DNA of 64,000 nucleotides, taken from positions 1 through 64,000 of the forward strand of contig JBLIRN010000014.1 of assembly GCA_049472315.1 (NCBI GenBank), in the 5' to 3' direction. Source of the DNA: a bacterium. GTDB lineage: Bacteria; SZUA-182; DTGQ01; JAFGSM01. Of this stretch, positions 45,582 to 55,851 are shown in pieces. The translations under genes and the position numbers were made by a program. The notes beneath the pieces are model-generated. The model saw nothing but the letters and a program-made list of their open reading frames with translations, had not been told where the DNA came from and made no database searches. How positions within the stretch are numbered: position 1 is the stretch's first letter; each line of letters starts with the position of its first letter.

Positions 45582-46349
45582 GTGAACACATCCCGTGCCA
45601 TATTCGTGAGGCCGGCCGCACTCAAGCCGGTTCCCTTCCGTTTCTGTCCCGGCTGTCACCACGGCATCATTCACCGCCTAGTGGCTGAGGCAATCGACCA
45701 TTTCAATATCCTGGACAGGACCATCGGGATCGCCCCGGTGGGATGCGCCGTTTTCGCCTACGATTATTTTGCCTGCGACGTGCTGGAGGTAGCCCACGGA
45801 CGTCCGCCTGCTGCATGCACCGGCATCAAGCGAGCCCGTCCCGACCTTGTTGTGTTCAGCTACCAGGGGGACGGGGACCTTGCCTCCATCGGTACCGCAG
45901 AAATCGTGCATGCGGCGAACCGGGGTGAAAACGTTACCTTCATCTTTGTCAATAACGCCGTTTACGGCATGACCGGAGGACAGATGGCCCCCACCACCCT
46001 CCCCGGTCAGAAGACCAAGACAACCCCCTTCGGACGGAAGGCCTCCACGGATGGATATCCGCTCAGGGTCTGCGAGATGCTCGCCACCCTGGAGGGGACC
46101 ACCTACATCGAGCGGGTGGCAGTGAACACCCCCGCCAGGATTCGAAAGGCTGCACAAGCCATCAGAAAGGCCTTCCAGGTCCAGCTCGAACACAAGGGAT
46201 TCAGTCTCGTGGAGGTCCTCGCCACATGCCCCACCAACTGGGGGATGTCTCCTGTAGAGGCAAACCGCTGGATCACTGAGTGCATGCACAAGGTCTTCCC
46301 CTTGGGGGTGTTCAAGGACGTTTCCCGTGAAGGGGGATGTGATTCATGA
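45582..46349 (+). CDS. 2-oxoacid:ferredoxin oxidoreductase beta (TPP-binding) subunit
   Basis: FCPGCHHG, PVGC, HGR, YQGDGDL, NNAVYGMTGGQ, CPTNWG. Confidence 0.9.
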   Translation: MNTSRAIFVRPAALKPVPFRFCPGCHHGIIHRLVAEAIDHFNILDRTIGIAPVGCAVFAYDYFACDVLEVAHGRPPAACTGIKRARPDLVVFSYQGDGDLASIGTAEIVHAANRGENVTFIFVNNAVYGMTGGQMAPTTLPGQKTKTTPFGRKASTDGYPLRVCEMLATLEGTTYIERVAVNTPARIRKAAQAIRKAFQVQLEHKGFSLVEVLATCPTNWGMSPVEANRWITECMHKVFPLGVFKDVSREGGCDS

Positions 46350-46894
46350 ACCAAGAGGTGATCATGGCCGGATTCGGCGGACAGGGCATCATGGTTATGG
46401 GGAAGCTCCTCGCCATGGCCGGCATGCTCGACAACAGGGAGGTGACCTGGTTTCCCTCCTATGGTGCTGAAATGCGGGGCGGCACCGCAAACTGCACCGT
46501 GATTATCGCCGATCAGGCCATCGGCTCGCCTATCGTGGCCCGTCCGTGGGCATGCATTGCCATGAACCAACCATCCATGGAGCGTTTTGCCCCCCGGGTA
46601 AAACCCGGCGGATTTCTCCTGGCGAATTCCTCCCTGATCACCTGCAATTCCCTTCGGGAGGACATCGAGGTGCTGGCCATCCCCATTACGGACCAGGCGG
46701 ACCGGCTCGGCTCCATCAAGGTGGCGAACATCATCGCCCTCTCCGCCTTTTGCACCAGGACCGGAATCGTCTCCCCGGACAGCCTGGAGCGGGTGATGGA
46801 GGAATCCTTTGCCGGGAAAGGGGATTCCGCCCTCATGGAGATCAATCGCGCGGCAATCCGGGCAGGCCGTGAAATGGCCCTGTGTATCCCATGA
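46346..46894 (+). CDS. 2-oxoacid:ferredoxin oxidoreductase gamma subunit
   Basis: AGFGGQG, PSYGAEMRGGTANC. Confidence 0.9.
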   Translation: MNQEVIMAGFGGQGIMVMGKLLAMAGMLDNREVTWFPSYGAEMRGGTANCTVIIADQAIGSPIVARPWACIAMNQPSMERFAPRVKPGGFLLANSSLITCNSLREDIEVLAIPITDQADRLGSIKVANIIALSAFCTRTGIVSPDSLERVMEESFAGKGDSALMEINRAAIRAGREMALCIP

Positions 46895-47364
46895 TCAGAA
46901 AGGCTCGTATCCGGGATGCCCATGTCATACGGAATCTTATCAACGAGTATGCCCATCGGGGACTTTTGCTCCCCCTTTCGCTCTCAGAGATCTACGACCG
47001 CATAAGGGACTTTTTCGTATACCAGGAAGAGACGGGAGATGGGGCTCTTGCCATCCTTGGCATCTGCGCATTGCATATCATATGGGAAGATCTGGCGGAG
47101 ATCCGTTCGCTTGCTGTTACCGAAAATCACTGGAAGCAGGGGATCGGCTCGCGGCTCGTACAGGCCTGCCTCAAGGAGGCTACTGACCTGGAGGTGAAAA
47201 AGATCTTCTGTCTCACCTACAAAAGGGAATTCTTTTCCTCGCAGGGATTCACGGAGATCGACAAATCCCAGCTTCCTCACAAGATATGGTCCGATTGCCT
47301 CAAGTGCTCCAAATTCCCCGAATGCGAGGAAATCGCCATGATGTACGAGATACCCCGCCGATAG
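46891..47364 (+). CDS. GNAT N-acetyltransferase (short ArgA-like amino-acid N-acetyltransferase)
   Basis: MIRKAR, WEDLAEIRSLAV, QGIG, LPHKIWSDCLKCSKFPECEEIAM. Confidence 0.88.
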   Translation: MIRKARIRDAHVIRNLINEYAHRGLLLPLSLSEIYDRIRDFFVYQEETGDGALAILGICALHIIWEDLAEIRSLAVTENHWKQGIGSRLVQACLKEATDLEVKKIFCLTYKREFFSSQGFTEIDKSQLPHKIWSDCLKCSKFPECEEIAMMYEIPRR

Positions 47365-47530
47365 GGCCGCGGCCGATCATCAAATTTCACATCGTTTAAT
47401 GTAAGTACCTTATATCCAATACCATATGGAGGTGGTAAAAAATAATATATTATCCCGCAGCAGACAGCGGGCATCCACAATCATAAAATTTAAGTATTTG
47501 ATATTTATAATCGAATATATAATGTTTTTT

Positions 47531-47560
47531 TTGACACGCATGTGCCGTGCCTGCTATACT
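47531..47560 (+). promoter_or_regulatory. Putative sigma-70 promoter of minor pilin cluster 1
   Basis: TTGACA-N18-TATACT with extended TG, preceded by an AT-rich UP-like tract. Confidence 0.55.
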
Positions 47561-47713
47561 TATATTGAGTAGTGTTCACGGCATCCGGCGCGCATGACGT
47601 TGTCTGTTGTGCGCCCCCATCAATCGATTCCGCACCTTTTTGACCGATGCGCAGGTGAACCCATCTTCGTTTATACCCCTTGAGCATTGCTGGTCTGTTC
47701 GGAAAGGAAGAAT

Positions 47714-48292
47714 ATGCGCCCTGCGTTTATTGCACGTGGGACGGTCGAGTCACGCGTGCGGCCCACGGGATTCACCCTTGTCGAGATGGGCATCGTACTG
47801 GCCACCATCAGCATCATGTCCGCCATTGCATTCCCGAATATCAGTTCCATGATGGCCAATTACCGCTTGAAGGCCGCGGCCAGGGATGTGATGTCACACC
47901 TTCAGCGGGCAAAGATGGTGGCGGTGAAAAACAATTCCCTCTGTACCCTCACCTTCAACCAGCACGTGGAAGGTGTCCCTTACGATTACGTGGTGTATGA
48001 GGATGATGACCGGGATTACGAGTATGACGCGGGCGAAAGGATCCTCGCGTCGGTGAAGTTTTCGGATTATAAGAGCGGTGTCGGACTCGATCACTCAAAG
48101 GGAGGGGGTGACGGGGTGACCTTTGCCGAAAACGATGCAGGCCGGCCTTCCATAGCATTCAATTCGCGGGGGCTCCCGGTGAGCCCTGGGGGTGTTGCGG
48201 GCATGGGCATGGGCTCCGTGTACCTCGTCAATAACCGCGAGACAAAGAAATGGATCAGTGTGCACAAGGCGGGAAGGATACGAATTCAATAA
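47714..48292 (+). CDS. fimU: FimT/FimU (GspH-like) minor pilin, cluster 1
   Basis: G|FTLVEM; LQRAKMVAVK; IAFNSRG; GRIRI C-terminus. Confidence 0.8.
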   Translation: MRPAFIARGTVESRVRPTGFTLVEMGIVLATISIMSAIAFPNISSMMANYRLKAAARDVMSHLQRAKMVAVKNNSLCTLTFNQHVEGVPYDYVVYEDDDRDYEYDAGERILASVKFSDYKSGVGLDHSKGGGDGVTFAENDAGRPSIAFNSRGLPVSPGGVAGMGMGSVYLVNNRETKKWISVHKAGRIRIQ

Positions 48293-49134
48293 TGTGTCAG
48301 GTAAAACGGTCAGCGAAGGGCATTGCCCCCGGGAAGGACGCCAACCGGCTTGCAGGCGGATTCACCCTGGTGGAGCTCCTCCTTGCCCTGTTCATAAGCG
48401 CGGTCATGGCGGCAGCCATCTTCAACTTCTTCATCGCCCAGAACAAGTCGTACTCCGTGCAGGACCAGGTTGCGGAGATGCAACAGAATATGCGCGCAGC
48501 CATCAACCTCATGGTAAAGGAGATCAGGATGGCCGGCTACGATCCAACAGGCGAGGCAGGGGCGGGAATAGTCGCAGCCGAATCCCGCAGCATCACCTTT
48601 ACCCTGGACCTGGATGGAGACAAGGGGCTCACGGATTATAACGAGTACATAACCTATGGACTCTATACCCCGGCTGACCGCATACAAAAGCTGGGCAGAA
48701 AGGCTACCCAGAATGAGAACTTCGCGCCGGTTGCCGAACACGTGGAGTCCCTTGGATTCGCCTATGCCTTTGACAGCAACGGGGATGGCATCCTGGACAG
48801 GGATGGCCCCCATGTGATCTGGGCGATCGACAAGGACGGCACCTGGTACGACCTGGATACCGACGACGACGGTGACATCGACGATGACGACTCCATCCCC
48901 GCCGGTGAGGATACCGGGATTGCTGTGGACCTGGATGACATCAGGGCGGTGCGTATATGGCTCCTCGTCGAATCGAGCAAACCTGATGAGGCGTATGCCA
49001 ATCGCAAGACCTATGTGGTGGGAAGCAGGGTGATTCGCCCGGCAGGTGACGCCGATACCGGAAACGACTTCCGGCGCATGCGGATCGTAGAGACCGTGGT
49101 CCGCTTGAGAAACATGGCGATCAGGGAGGGATGA
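48292..49134 (+). CDS. pilW: PilW-like minor pilin, cluster 1
   Basis: G|FTLVELL; MQQNMRAA...EIRMAGY; VRLRN C-terminus. Confidence 0.85.
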   Translation: MCQVKRSAKGIAPGKDANRLAGGFTLVELLLALFISAVMAAAIFNFFIAQNKSYSVQDQVAEMQQNMRAAINLMVKEIRMAGYDPTGEAGAGIVAAESRSITFTLDLDGDKGLTDYNEYITYGLYTPADRIQKLGRKATQNENFAPVAEHVESLGFAYAFDSNGDGILDRDGPHVIWAIDKDGTWYDLDTDDDGDIDDDDSIPAGEDTGIAVDLDDIRAVRIWLLVESSKPDEAYANRKTYVVGSRVIRPAGDADTGNDFRRMRIVETVVRLRNMAIREG

Positions 49135-49589
49135 CCATGTCGTCGGATATACGTGAATCGAGACTCCAGCAGGGATTCAGCCTGCTCGAGGTGCTCATTT
49201 CCATTGGCATCTTTGCCATCGGAATCCTCGGGGCGAGCGTCCTGCTCATCAATACCATCAAGGGCAATGCCGTGTCCATACGCCTGAGCACTGCAACACA
49301 GCTTGCCTCCAAACAGATGGAGGAGATCATGCTCATAGACTATGCCTCCCTCATGGACCATGACGGCGACGGCCTCGCAGGGCTTGATGATACAGACGCC
49401 TCCACCGCTGACGGCATACGCCTGAACCTAAAGGGAGGGGGGGTGGGCGAGCGCTACAACCTTTACTGGAATGTGGCGGAGAACGCGCCGGTAGCCGGGA
49501 CCAAGACTGTTCGGGTCATTGTGGCCTGGCATGGCGGCACTCGGGACAAACGCGTTGCATTCGACATGGTGAGAACCAGGGGGGAATGA
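49131..49589 (+). CDS. pilV: PilV-like minor pilin, cluster 1
   Basis: G|FSLLEVLI; ATQLASKQMEE; KTVRVIVAW. Confidence 0.85.
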   Translation: MTMSSDIRESRLQQGFSLLEVLISIGIFAIGILGASVLLINTIKGNAVSIRLSTATQLASKQMEEIMLIDYASLMDHDGDGLAGLDDTDASTADGIRLNLKGGGVGERYNLYWNVAENAPVAGTKTVRVIVAWHGGTRDKRVAFDMVRTRGE

Positions 49590-49590
49590 T

Positions 49591-50085
49591 ATGAAGGCAC
49601 TATTCGATATACTCCACCGCGAGGAGGGCACTGCATTTCTCATCGCGATGCTGGTCCTTATGCTCCTTACCCTCATGGGCACCTTTGCCATCATGACCAC
49701 CGATATCGAAATCCAGATTGCAGGGAACGAAAAGGAGTACATGAGGGACTTCTATGTAACCGACAGCGGCTGGAAGGAGGCCGCCCCCTGGCTCAACAAC
49801 CGGGCCACCCCACCCCGGCCGGTGAACACCTCCCTGGAGGATAACGTGGTCAAGAATTTCGGCGGAGGAGGAGACGGGGTCACCAACGAGGACTTCCCTC
49901 CCGGCACCCAGGACGGGACCCTTGCCGGGATCCCCTACTGGAACAGGATCGAATACCTCTCCAACAGCGTGATGCCCGGAAGCGGCAAGGAATACCTGAG
50001 GTTCAACTACCGGGTGACGAGCAATGCCGGGGGCAATCAGGAAATCGACGTAACCCTCTATAAGATTTACAAGGTGGGGTATTAA
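49591..50085 (+). CDS. pilX: PilX-like minor pilin, cluster 1
   Basis: EEG|TAFLIAMLVL (no Glu5); EIQIAGN...FYVTDSG. Confidence 0.8.
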   Translation: MKALFDILHREEGTAFLIAMLVLMLLTLMGTFAIMTTDIEIQIAGNEKEYMRDFYVTDSGWKEAAPWLNNRATPPRPVNTSLEDNVVKNFGGGGDGVTNEDFPPGTQDGTLAGIPYWNRIEYLSNSVMPGSGKEYLRFNYRVTSNAGGNQEIDVTLYKIYKVGY

Positions 50086-50100
50086 TCCCGTGATGAGAGA

Positions 50101-53100
50101 ATGAACATAATGGGCGATCAAAAACTCCCTCGGGCGACGTGCGGCAGCCATGTTCGCAAGAAAGCATTTGTATGTGCCATTGCCGCGGCATTCCTCCTGT
50201 GTGTCCTGAGCCCCCGTGCGTGGTCTGAATCCCTTGATATCAGGGTGAGTTCATCACAGGATGACGCCGAGGAGCGCGTGAGCAACGGTGTCGTGGATTG
50301 CGGCAGTACGGATCTTGAAATGATTCAAGAAAGTTCAGCCCAGATCGTGGGTATCCGTTTCAGGGACGTGACCGTGCCCAATGGCGCTGCCATCACCAAC
50401 GCCTACATTGAATTCGAGACGGACGAGACGAACAGCGGGTCTACTACACTATACTTCAAGGGGGAGGCTTCCGATAACGCTGCTGCCTTCTCCGAATCGG
50501 GCCATCACAACATCTCCGGCCGAGCCCGCACAACCGCCGTCGTATCCTGGGCGGGCGTACCTGCCTGGAATCAGAATAATAAAAAGCACCAGACCCCGGA
50601 CCTCAGCCCCGTCATCCAGGAGATCGTCGACCGGGATGGGTGGACCGCCGGAAATTCCCTTGCGATCATCATCACCGGCTCGGGCAAGAGGGTTGCCGAG
50701 TCCTATGACAAAGGTAACCATACGTCAGGCCCCCTCCTCCACCTTGAATACGAATCGGATGCCCTGGATATCAGGGTGGCGCAGAACAGCGATGATGCGG
50801 AGGAAAAAACGGACGGGAGCATGAGGCTTTACAGCGACGATCTGGATCTCATCCGCAAGCAGACCGACCAGACCGTGGGCATCCGCTTCCAGGGCATCAA
50901 TGTGCCCCGTGGCGCATGGATCACCACCGCCTATATCCGGTTCGAGGCGGCGGGGACAAACTCGGAGGCAACAAATCTGACCATCGCCGGGGAATCCACC
51001 GACGATGCAGGGACCTTTTCGAACACGAGCGGCGATATCACCCGCAGGTCCACCACCGCTGCCTCGGTCTCCTGGAATAACGTACCCGCATGGAGCAGCG
51101 TGGGTGAGCGTCACTCCACCCCCGATCTCAGCGTCATCGTCCAGGAGATTGTGGGAAGGCCGGGATGGGAGCCGGGAAATGACATGGTATTCATTATCAG
51201 CGGATCAGGGAAAAGGGTGGCGGCATCCCTGGACGATGATCCGGGGAAGGCGCCCATGCTCCACATCGAATACTCCGACGCTACGTTCCCCTTCATCATG
51301 ACGGATATAAGCAGCCTGGGTGCTGTCTGCTATAAGGAAAACGACGCAGCACCAGACGGTTTCACGATCACCAACAGCGGCTCCGCTGCCATGCACTTCA
51401 CCCTCTCGGATGATGCCGAGTGGGTCTCCGTATCTCCGGCGAGCGGGATGCTGGACCCGGGGGATTCCGCCGAGATTGCGGTGAGCTTCAATACATCGTC
51501 CCTGGATGTCGGAACGTACGAAACAAGCATCATGATCATGGACCCCAATGCACCCAACAGCCCTCTTGAAATCGACGTGAGCGTCACCATTCAGCCGATC
51601 CCCGAGTCCGCGGCCTGCGGCCATGTGCCGGTGTATACGGAAAACCTGGTGAGCCCTGCCATATTGATCCTCCTCGATCTCTCCGGGAGCATGGGAACGA
51701 AGATGGCCATATCCGATCCCGCCGAGAATCCCCGCACCCCCGACCTTTCGCAGATCGTCCAGGAGATTGTGGACAGATCCGGATGGAACTCGGGGAATGC
51801 GATGGCGTTCATCATCACGGGGAGCGGGTGCAGGATCGCCGAATCCTATGACGGCGAATCGGGCGCCGCCCCCCTCCTGCACGTAGAGTATATCCATTCC
51901 GGTACCCACGTCCTGGATGTCAGGGTCTCCCACAGTCATGACGATGCAGAAGAGGCATCAAACGGGAATGTTTCGCGCTCCAGCAGCGATCTCGAGCTGG
52001 TGCGTGACGGCTCCGATCAGATCGTGGGCATCCGTTTCCAGAACGTCACCATACCGCCGGGGGCCGACATTGCCAATGCATACATCGAGTTTGTCGTGGA
52101 CGAGGCAAAGAGCCAAGCCACCTCCCTGACTATCCGGGGGGAGGCAATGGACGATCCCCCCAAGTTTTCCAACTCAAAGAGAAACATCTCGAACCGGACC
52201 ACTACTGATGCATATGCGGCCTGGCTCAACATCCCCGCCTGGAGCCTCCCCACCCAGCAGACCAGGATCGCGATCGCACGCTCCGTGATCAGCGAGCTCG
52301 TCGGGGACAAAAGCATTGCGTGGGGATTCGGCACATGGCGCTCAAACGAGAATGCCGGGTATACCGCAGGTATCGACTACACCAAGATCCACGTGGGGTG
52401 CGGGCCCAATGACCCGAACCAGCAGTTGCTGCTTCAGGAGAGCATCAGCACGAAGACGGAGATCGGAGGGTCCACCCCCTTTGGCCCCTCCATCCTGGCA
52501 GCACAAAAATATTATTCCGGTCAAAAAAAGGACCGGGAGGGCGACGGTGAGTACTACGTAGACATCCCGTGCCAGCCGAGATTCCTCGTCGAGATCACCG
52601 ACGGTCTGGGTAACGTGGATTCGAACAATGAGACGGTGAGGCTGCGCACCAACGACCTGTGCGATGAAGGGGTGACCCCCATCGCCGTAGGATTCGGCAT
52701 CGACGACGCCACCCAGATACAGATCATGGCGAGTATCAGCAACGAGCGCGGGCATGCATCTGATGACCTCTATGCCCTGCACGACGAGGTGAACGGAGTC
52801 GGACAGCCCTTCCTGGCATACAGCGAGGAGGCCCTCAAGGAGGCATTGGCCGCCATCACCGAGCGGATCAAGGGACAGATATTCCATGGCGCAGCCCCGG
52901 TGCCCACCACCTCCTCGGATTACGGGGACATCGTTATCATGGCTCAATTCGATGCCACCGACTGGTCCGGCGACCTGGTGGCGACCACCTTGGATCAGAC
53001 CACCGGCGCATGGGATCGGGTGGTCTGGCGGGCAAGCGAGGCCATGCCCGCCTTCCGCACGGTGTTCACCGTCGATCCATCCGACCAGGAGAGGGTCATA

Positions 53101-54669
53101 CCCTATTCCGATTCGGTGCTCCCTCATGATCATTGGCTATGCAAGGACCTCGGGGATATCATCCGCTCCACTCCCATTATCGTGGGGGAACCTCCCTTCT
53201 ATTACCCCTTCGACGGATACACGGCATGGAAGCGGGGAATCACCCGGGATCACGTGGTATACGTCGGTGCAAACGACGGCAGCCTGCACGCCTTTCGTCT
53301 CTCCGACGGAAGGGAGATTTGGGCGTTCGTGCCCCGCAGTTCACATGAGAAGCTCAATCGGGCGGACGATCCGGTGTACGATCCGTGCGGCAATCGATAC
53401 TGCCACCAGTACTTCGTGGACGGCTCGCCCCGCGTCGGCGACATCCACACCGGAACCACCTGGATGACCTTGCTGGTGTGCGGTCTGAGGGAAGGAGGGG
53501 GATCCTACTTCGCCCTGGACATCACCCATGGCCAGCCCTTCGGGGTGACAAGCGGCGCCCGATACCTATGGGAATTCTCCGATACCGAGCTTGGTCAGAC
53601 CTGGGCGGACCCGAGCATCGACCGGGTTTCCGACGGAGACGGGGCAGCATGGGGGATCTTTTTCGGTTCCGGATATTCCTCCACCGCGCAGCAGGAGAAG
53701 GAGGCGTATCTGTACGGCATTGCGGCCCATAACAAGGCCCCCTTATGGAGGGACGGATCAACGGACATCAACCGAATCAAGGTCTCCTCAACGACATTGA
53801 AGGATGACGCCCTTGCCTCGCCACTGGTAGCCGATCTTGATGCGGATACTATGGGGGACCACCTGTATGCGGGAAATCTGTACGGGACCATGTACCGCAT
53901 CACCCACATCGGCAAGGGCCAACTGCCTAGTGTTACGAGACTTTTCGGTTTTGACACCCTCACCCGCTCACACCCCGTCAGGGCGCAGGCCACATTCGCC
54001 TATGGGGTAGACGAGGGAAGCGTCTGGGTATACTTCGGCACCGGACGCTACGAGACCCAGGCGGACAAGACAGCCATGGGGCAGCAGTACCTCTTCGGCC
54101 TGAAGGACAGCCTGTCCGATCCCCCGATCTATTCCCTGGATGACCTCGTACGATTGCGCTCCACCCTTATGGAATATAGGGACAGCGAAACCGGTGAGAC
54201 CCGGCCCGTCAAGGTCGTGGAAGGGGGAAACGAATCACGCAGATCCTGGGCACTCACCCTGGATGCCTCATCACCCGATCTGGTTGGCAGCGAGCGCGTG
54301 CTCGAGCAACCCCTGGTGGTCGCGGGGATCGTGTACTTCACCACCTTTATCCCCGATCAGGACATCTGTGCGGGAAACGGGGACACCTGGGTCTACGCCC
54401 TGGAGTATGATACCGGGCGGCCCCCCATCACCCCGGTCTTCGACCTGAACGAGGATGGTGTCTTCGACGAGAGGGACAAGGCCACGGACGAGGATGGCGT
54501 GGTTCACAGCATCGCTGCGGTGCAGGTGGGAAGCGGCCAGGGATCGAAGCCGGTCCTGCACAAGGACACCCTGTTCGTCACCACCACCAATGAGGATGTC
54601 GCCGCACTGAAAATCAATGTCGACGAGACCATGGCCACCCTTACCTCCTGGAGGGACAAGACGATATAA
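50101..54669 (+). CDS. pilY1: PilY1/PilC-type tip adhesin 1: two beta-sandwich repeats, BACON/Ig-like domain, vWA with an inserted permuted repeat, beta-propeller
   Basis: LLDLSGSM MIDAS, STP, ITDG; YVGANDGSLHAF, YFVDGSP, LGQTW, YFGTGRY, VYFTTF. Confidence 0.9.
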   Translation: MNIMGDQKLPRATCGSHVRKKAFVCAIAAAFLLCVLSPRAWSESLDIRVSSSQDDAEERVSNGVVDCGSTDLEMIQESSAQIVGIRFRDVTVPNGAAITNAYIEFETDETNSGSTTLYFKGEASDNAAAFSESGHHNISGRARTTAVVSWAGVPAWNQNNKKHQTPDLSPVIQEIVDRDGWTAGNSLAIIITGSGKRVAESYDKGNHTSGPLLHLEYESDALDIRVAQNSDDAEEKTDGSMRLYSDDLDLIRKQTDQTVGIRFQGINVPRGAWITTAYIRFEAAGTNSEATNLTIAGESTDDAGTFSNTSGDITRRSTTAASVSWNNVPAWSSVGERHSTPDLSVIVQEIVGRPGWEPGNDMVFIISGSGKRVAASLDDDPGKAPMLHIEYSDATFPFIMTDISSLGAVCYKENDAAPDGFTITNSGSAAMHFTLSDDAEWVSVSPASGMLDPGDSAEIAVSFNTSSLDVGTYETSIMIMDPNAPNSPLEIDVSVTIQPIPESAACGHVPVYTENLVSPAILILLDLSGSMGTKMAISDPAENPRTPDLSQIVQEIVDRSGWNSGNAMAFIITGSGCRIAESYDGESGAAPLLHVEYIHSGTHVLDVRVSHSHDDAEEASNGNVSRSSSDLELVRDGSDQIVGIRFQNVTIPPGADIANAYIEFVVDEAKSQATSLTIRGEAMDDPPKFSNSKRNISNRTTTDAYAAWLNIPAWSLPTQQTRIAIARSVISELVGDKSIAWGFGTWRSNENAGYTAGIDYTKIHVGCGPNDPNQQLLLQESISTKTEIGGSTPFGPSILAAQKYYSGQKKDREGDGEYYVDIPCQPRFLVEITDGLGNVDSNNETVRLRTNDLCDEGVTPIAVGFGIDDATQIQIMASISNERGHASDDLYALHDEVNGVGQPFLAYSEEALKEALAAITERIKGQIFHGAAPVPTTSSDYGDIVIMAQFDATDWSGDLVATTLDQTTGAWDRVVWRASEAMPAFRTVFTVDPSDQERVIPYSDSVLPHDHWLCKDLGDIIRSTPIIVGEPPFYYPFDGYTAWKRGITRDHVVYVGANDGSLHAFRLSDGREIWAFVPRSSHEKLNRADDPVYDPCGNRYCHQYFVDGSPRVGDIHTGTTWMTLLVCGLREGGGSYFALDITHGQPFGVTSGARYLWEFSDTELGQTWADPSIDRVSDGDGAAWGIFFGSGYSSTAQQEKEAYLYGIAAHNKAPLWRDGSTDINRIKVSSTTLKDDALASPLVADLDADTMGDHLYAGNLYGTMYRITHIGKGQLPSVTRLFGFDTLTRSHPVRAQATFAYGVDEGSVWVYFGTGRYETQADKTAMGQQYLFGLKDSLSDPPIYSLDDLVRLRSTLMEYRDSETGETRPVKVVEGGNESRRSWALTLDASSPDLVGSERVLEQPLVVAGIVYFTTFIPDQDICAGNGDTWVYALEYDTGRPPITPVFDLNEDGVFDERDKATDEDGVVHSIAAVQVGSGQGSKPVLHKDTLFVTTTNEDVAALKINVDETMATLTSWRDKTI

Positions 54670-54896
54670 ACATATTCCTCCAGCAGTCTTTATTTTTCGC
54701 ACTTCATTCAAAAATCTCCTGATTTCCAAAATATTTCTCCTTTCCCTCCCTCCCCCTCCTTCCGCGGCAATTCTCATTTTAACCTTGTATTGCCCCGATC
54801 CTTTGATGACATTCAAAATAAGAATTGCTCATATCCCTCCGATCAATTTTTTTATTTTGCCGATAAAAGAATAAATAACTCCATGGAGGCATATTT

Positions 54897-55397
54897 ATGA
54901 TGAAGACACGCTGGATTGGGGGCATGACCCTCATCGAGGTAGCGGTCGTGGTGTCGATTATCGTCGTTGCCACTACCCTCGCAGTTCCTTCCATAGTGGG
55001 CATAATGCCCCGATTCCTTCTCAATTCACAGGTCTCCGCCCTGCACAACGACTTCCAGAGGGCACGCTTCAAGTCCATCAGCCTCAACACCCAGTACCGG
55101 ATCAGCCTCGCAATAGACATTTCGCCAAACCCGGATACCTATAAAGGGGAGTACTACGACCTCGCCACCGCCAAGTGGGTGGCGGATACGGAGATGAAAT
55201 CCAGGCAGATCCGCGAGGGGGTGGATATCGCCTATATAGGAAGCGCGGGTAAAACCAAGGACATCTTCCTCATCCGGTTCAATCCCGACGGCACCGCCGA
55301 TGACGAAGAGATATTCCTGACAAACTCAAAGGGGCTCCAGCGGCGGATCGAGATAATCGACACCACCGGCATTATAAGGGTCCATAACTCATGGTAG
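54897..55397 (+). CDS. fimU: FimT/FimU-like minor pilin, cluster 2
   Basis: G|MTLIEV; FQRARFKSI; IRFNPDGT; TGIIRV; GGAGG RBS. Confidence 0.8.
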   Translation: MMKTRWIGGMTLIEVAVVVSIIVVATTLAVPSIVGIMPRFLLNSQVSALHNDFQRARFKSISLNTQYRISLAIDISPNPDTYKGEYYDLATAKWVADTEMKSRQIREGVDIAYIGSAGKTKDIFLIRFNPDGTADDEEIFLTNSKGLQRRIEIIDTTGIIRVHNSW

Positions 55398-55407
55398 GTG
55401 AACGCAC

Positions 55408-55848
55408 ATGACGATGACACGACATGCAGGGTTTACCATCATCGAGGTGATGGTGGCGCTGGTATTCCTGGCCGTAGGCCTGCTGGGAATCGCAGGGCTT
55501 CACTATGCCACCATAGCGGGGAACAAGTCGGCAAACTATGCCACCCTCGCGGTAAACCTTGCCGAGGACAAGCTCGAGGAGCTGAAGCGACTCACCTATA
55601 ACCATGGGGACCTTGCAGATACGGATAACAACAAGAATGACATAAGCACCGAGATCAAGCAGAATCCCTCTTTGTTCACCAATCCGGACCATGCCAACGA
55701 TTCACCTGACTCGAGGCTGACCCGCGTGTGGAACGTGGCAAACGACACCCCCGCAGCCCGCTTGAAAACGGTGACGGTCATAGTCGGATGGGAGGATACC
55801 CGGTGGCACTACATCGCCCTTACAACCATCATACGAAATGAGGGATAA
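55408..55848 (+). CDS. pilV: PilV-like minor pilin, cluster 2
   Basis: G|FTIIEVMVAL; LAEDKLEEL; KTVTVIVGW. Confidence 0.85.
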   Translation: MTMTRHAGFTIIEVMVALVFLAVGLLGIAGLHYATIAGNKSANYATLAVNLAEDKLEELKRLTYNHGDLADTDNNKNDISTEIKQNPSLFTNPDHANDSPDSRLTRVWNVANDTPAARLKTVTVIVGWEDTRWHYIALTTIIRNEG

Positions 55849-55851
55849 GCC

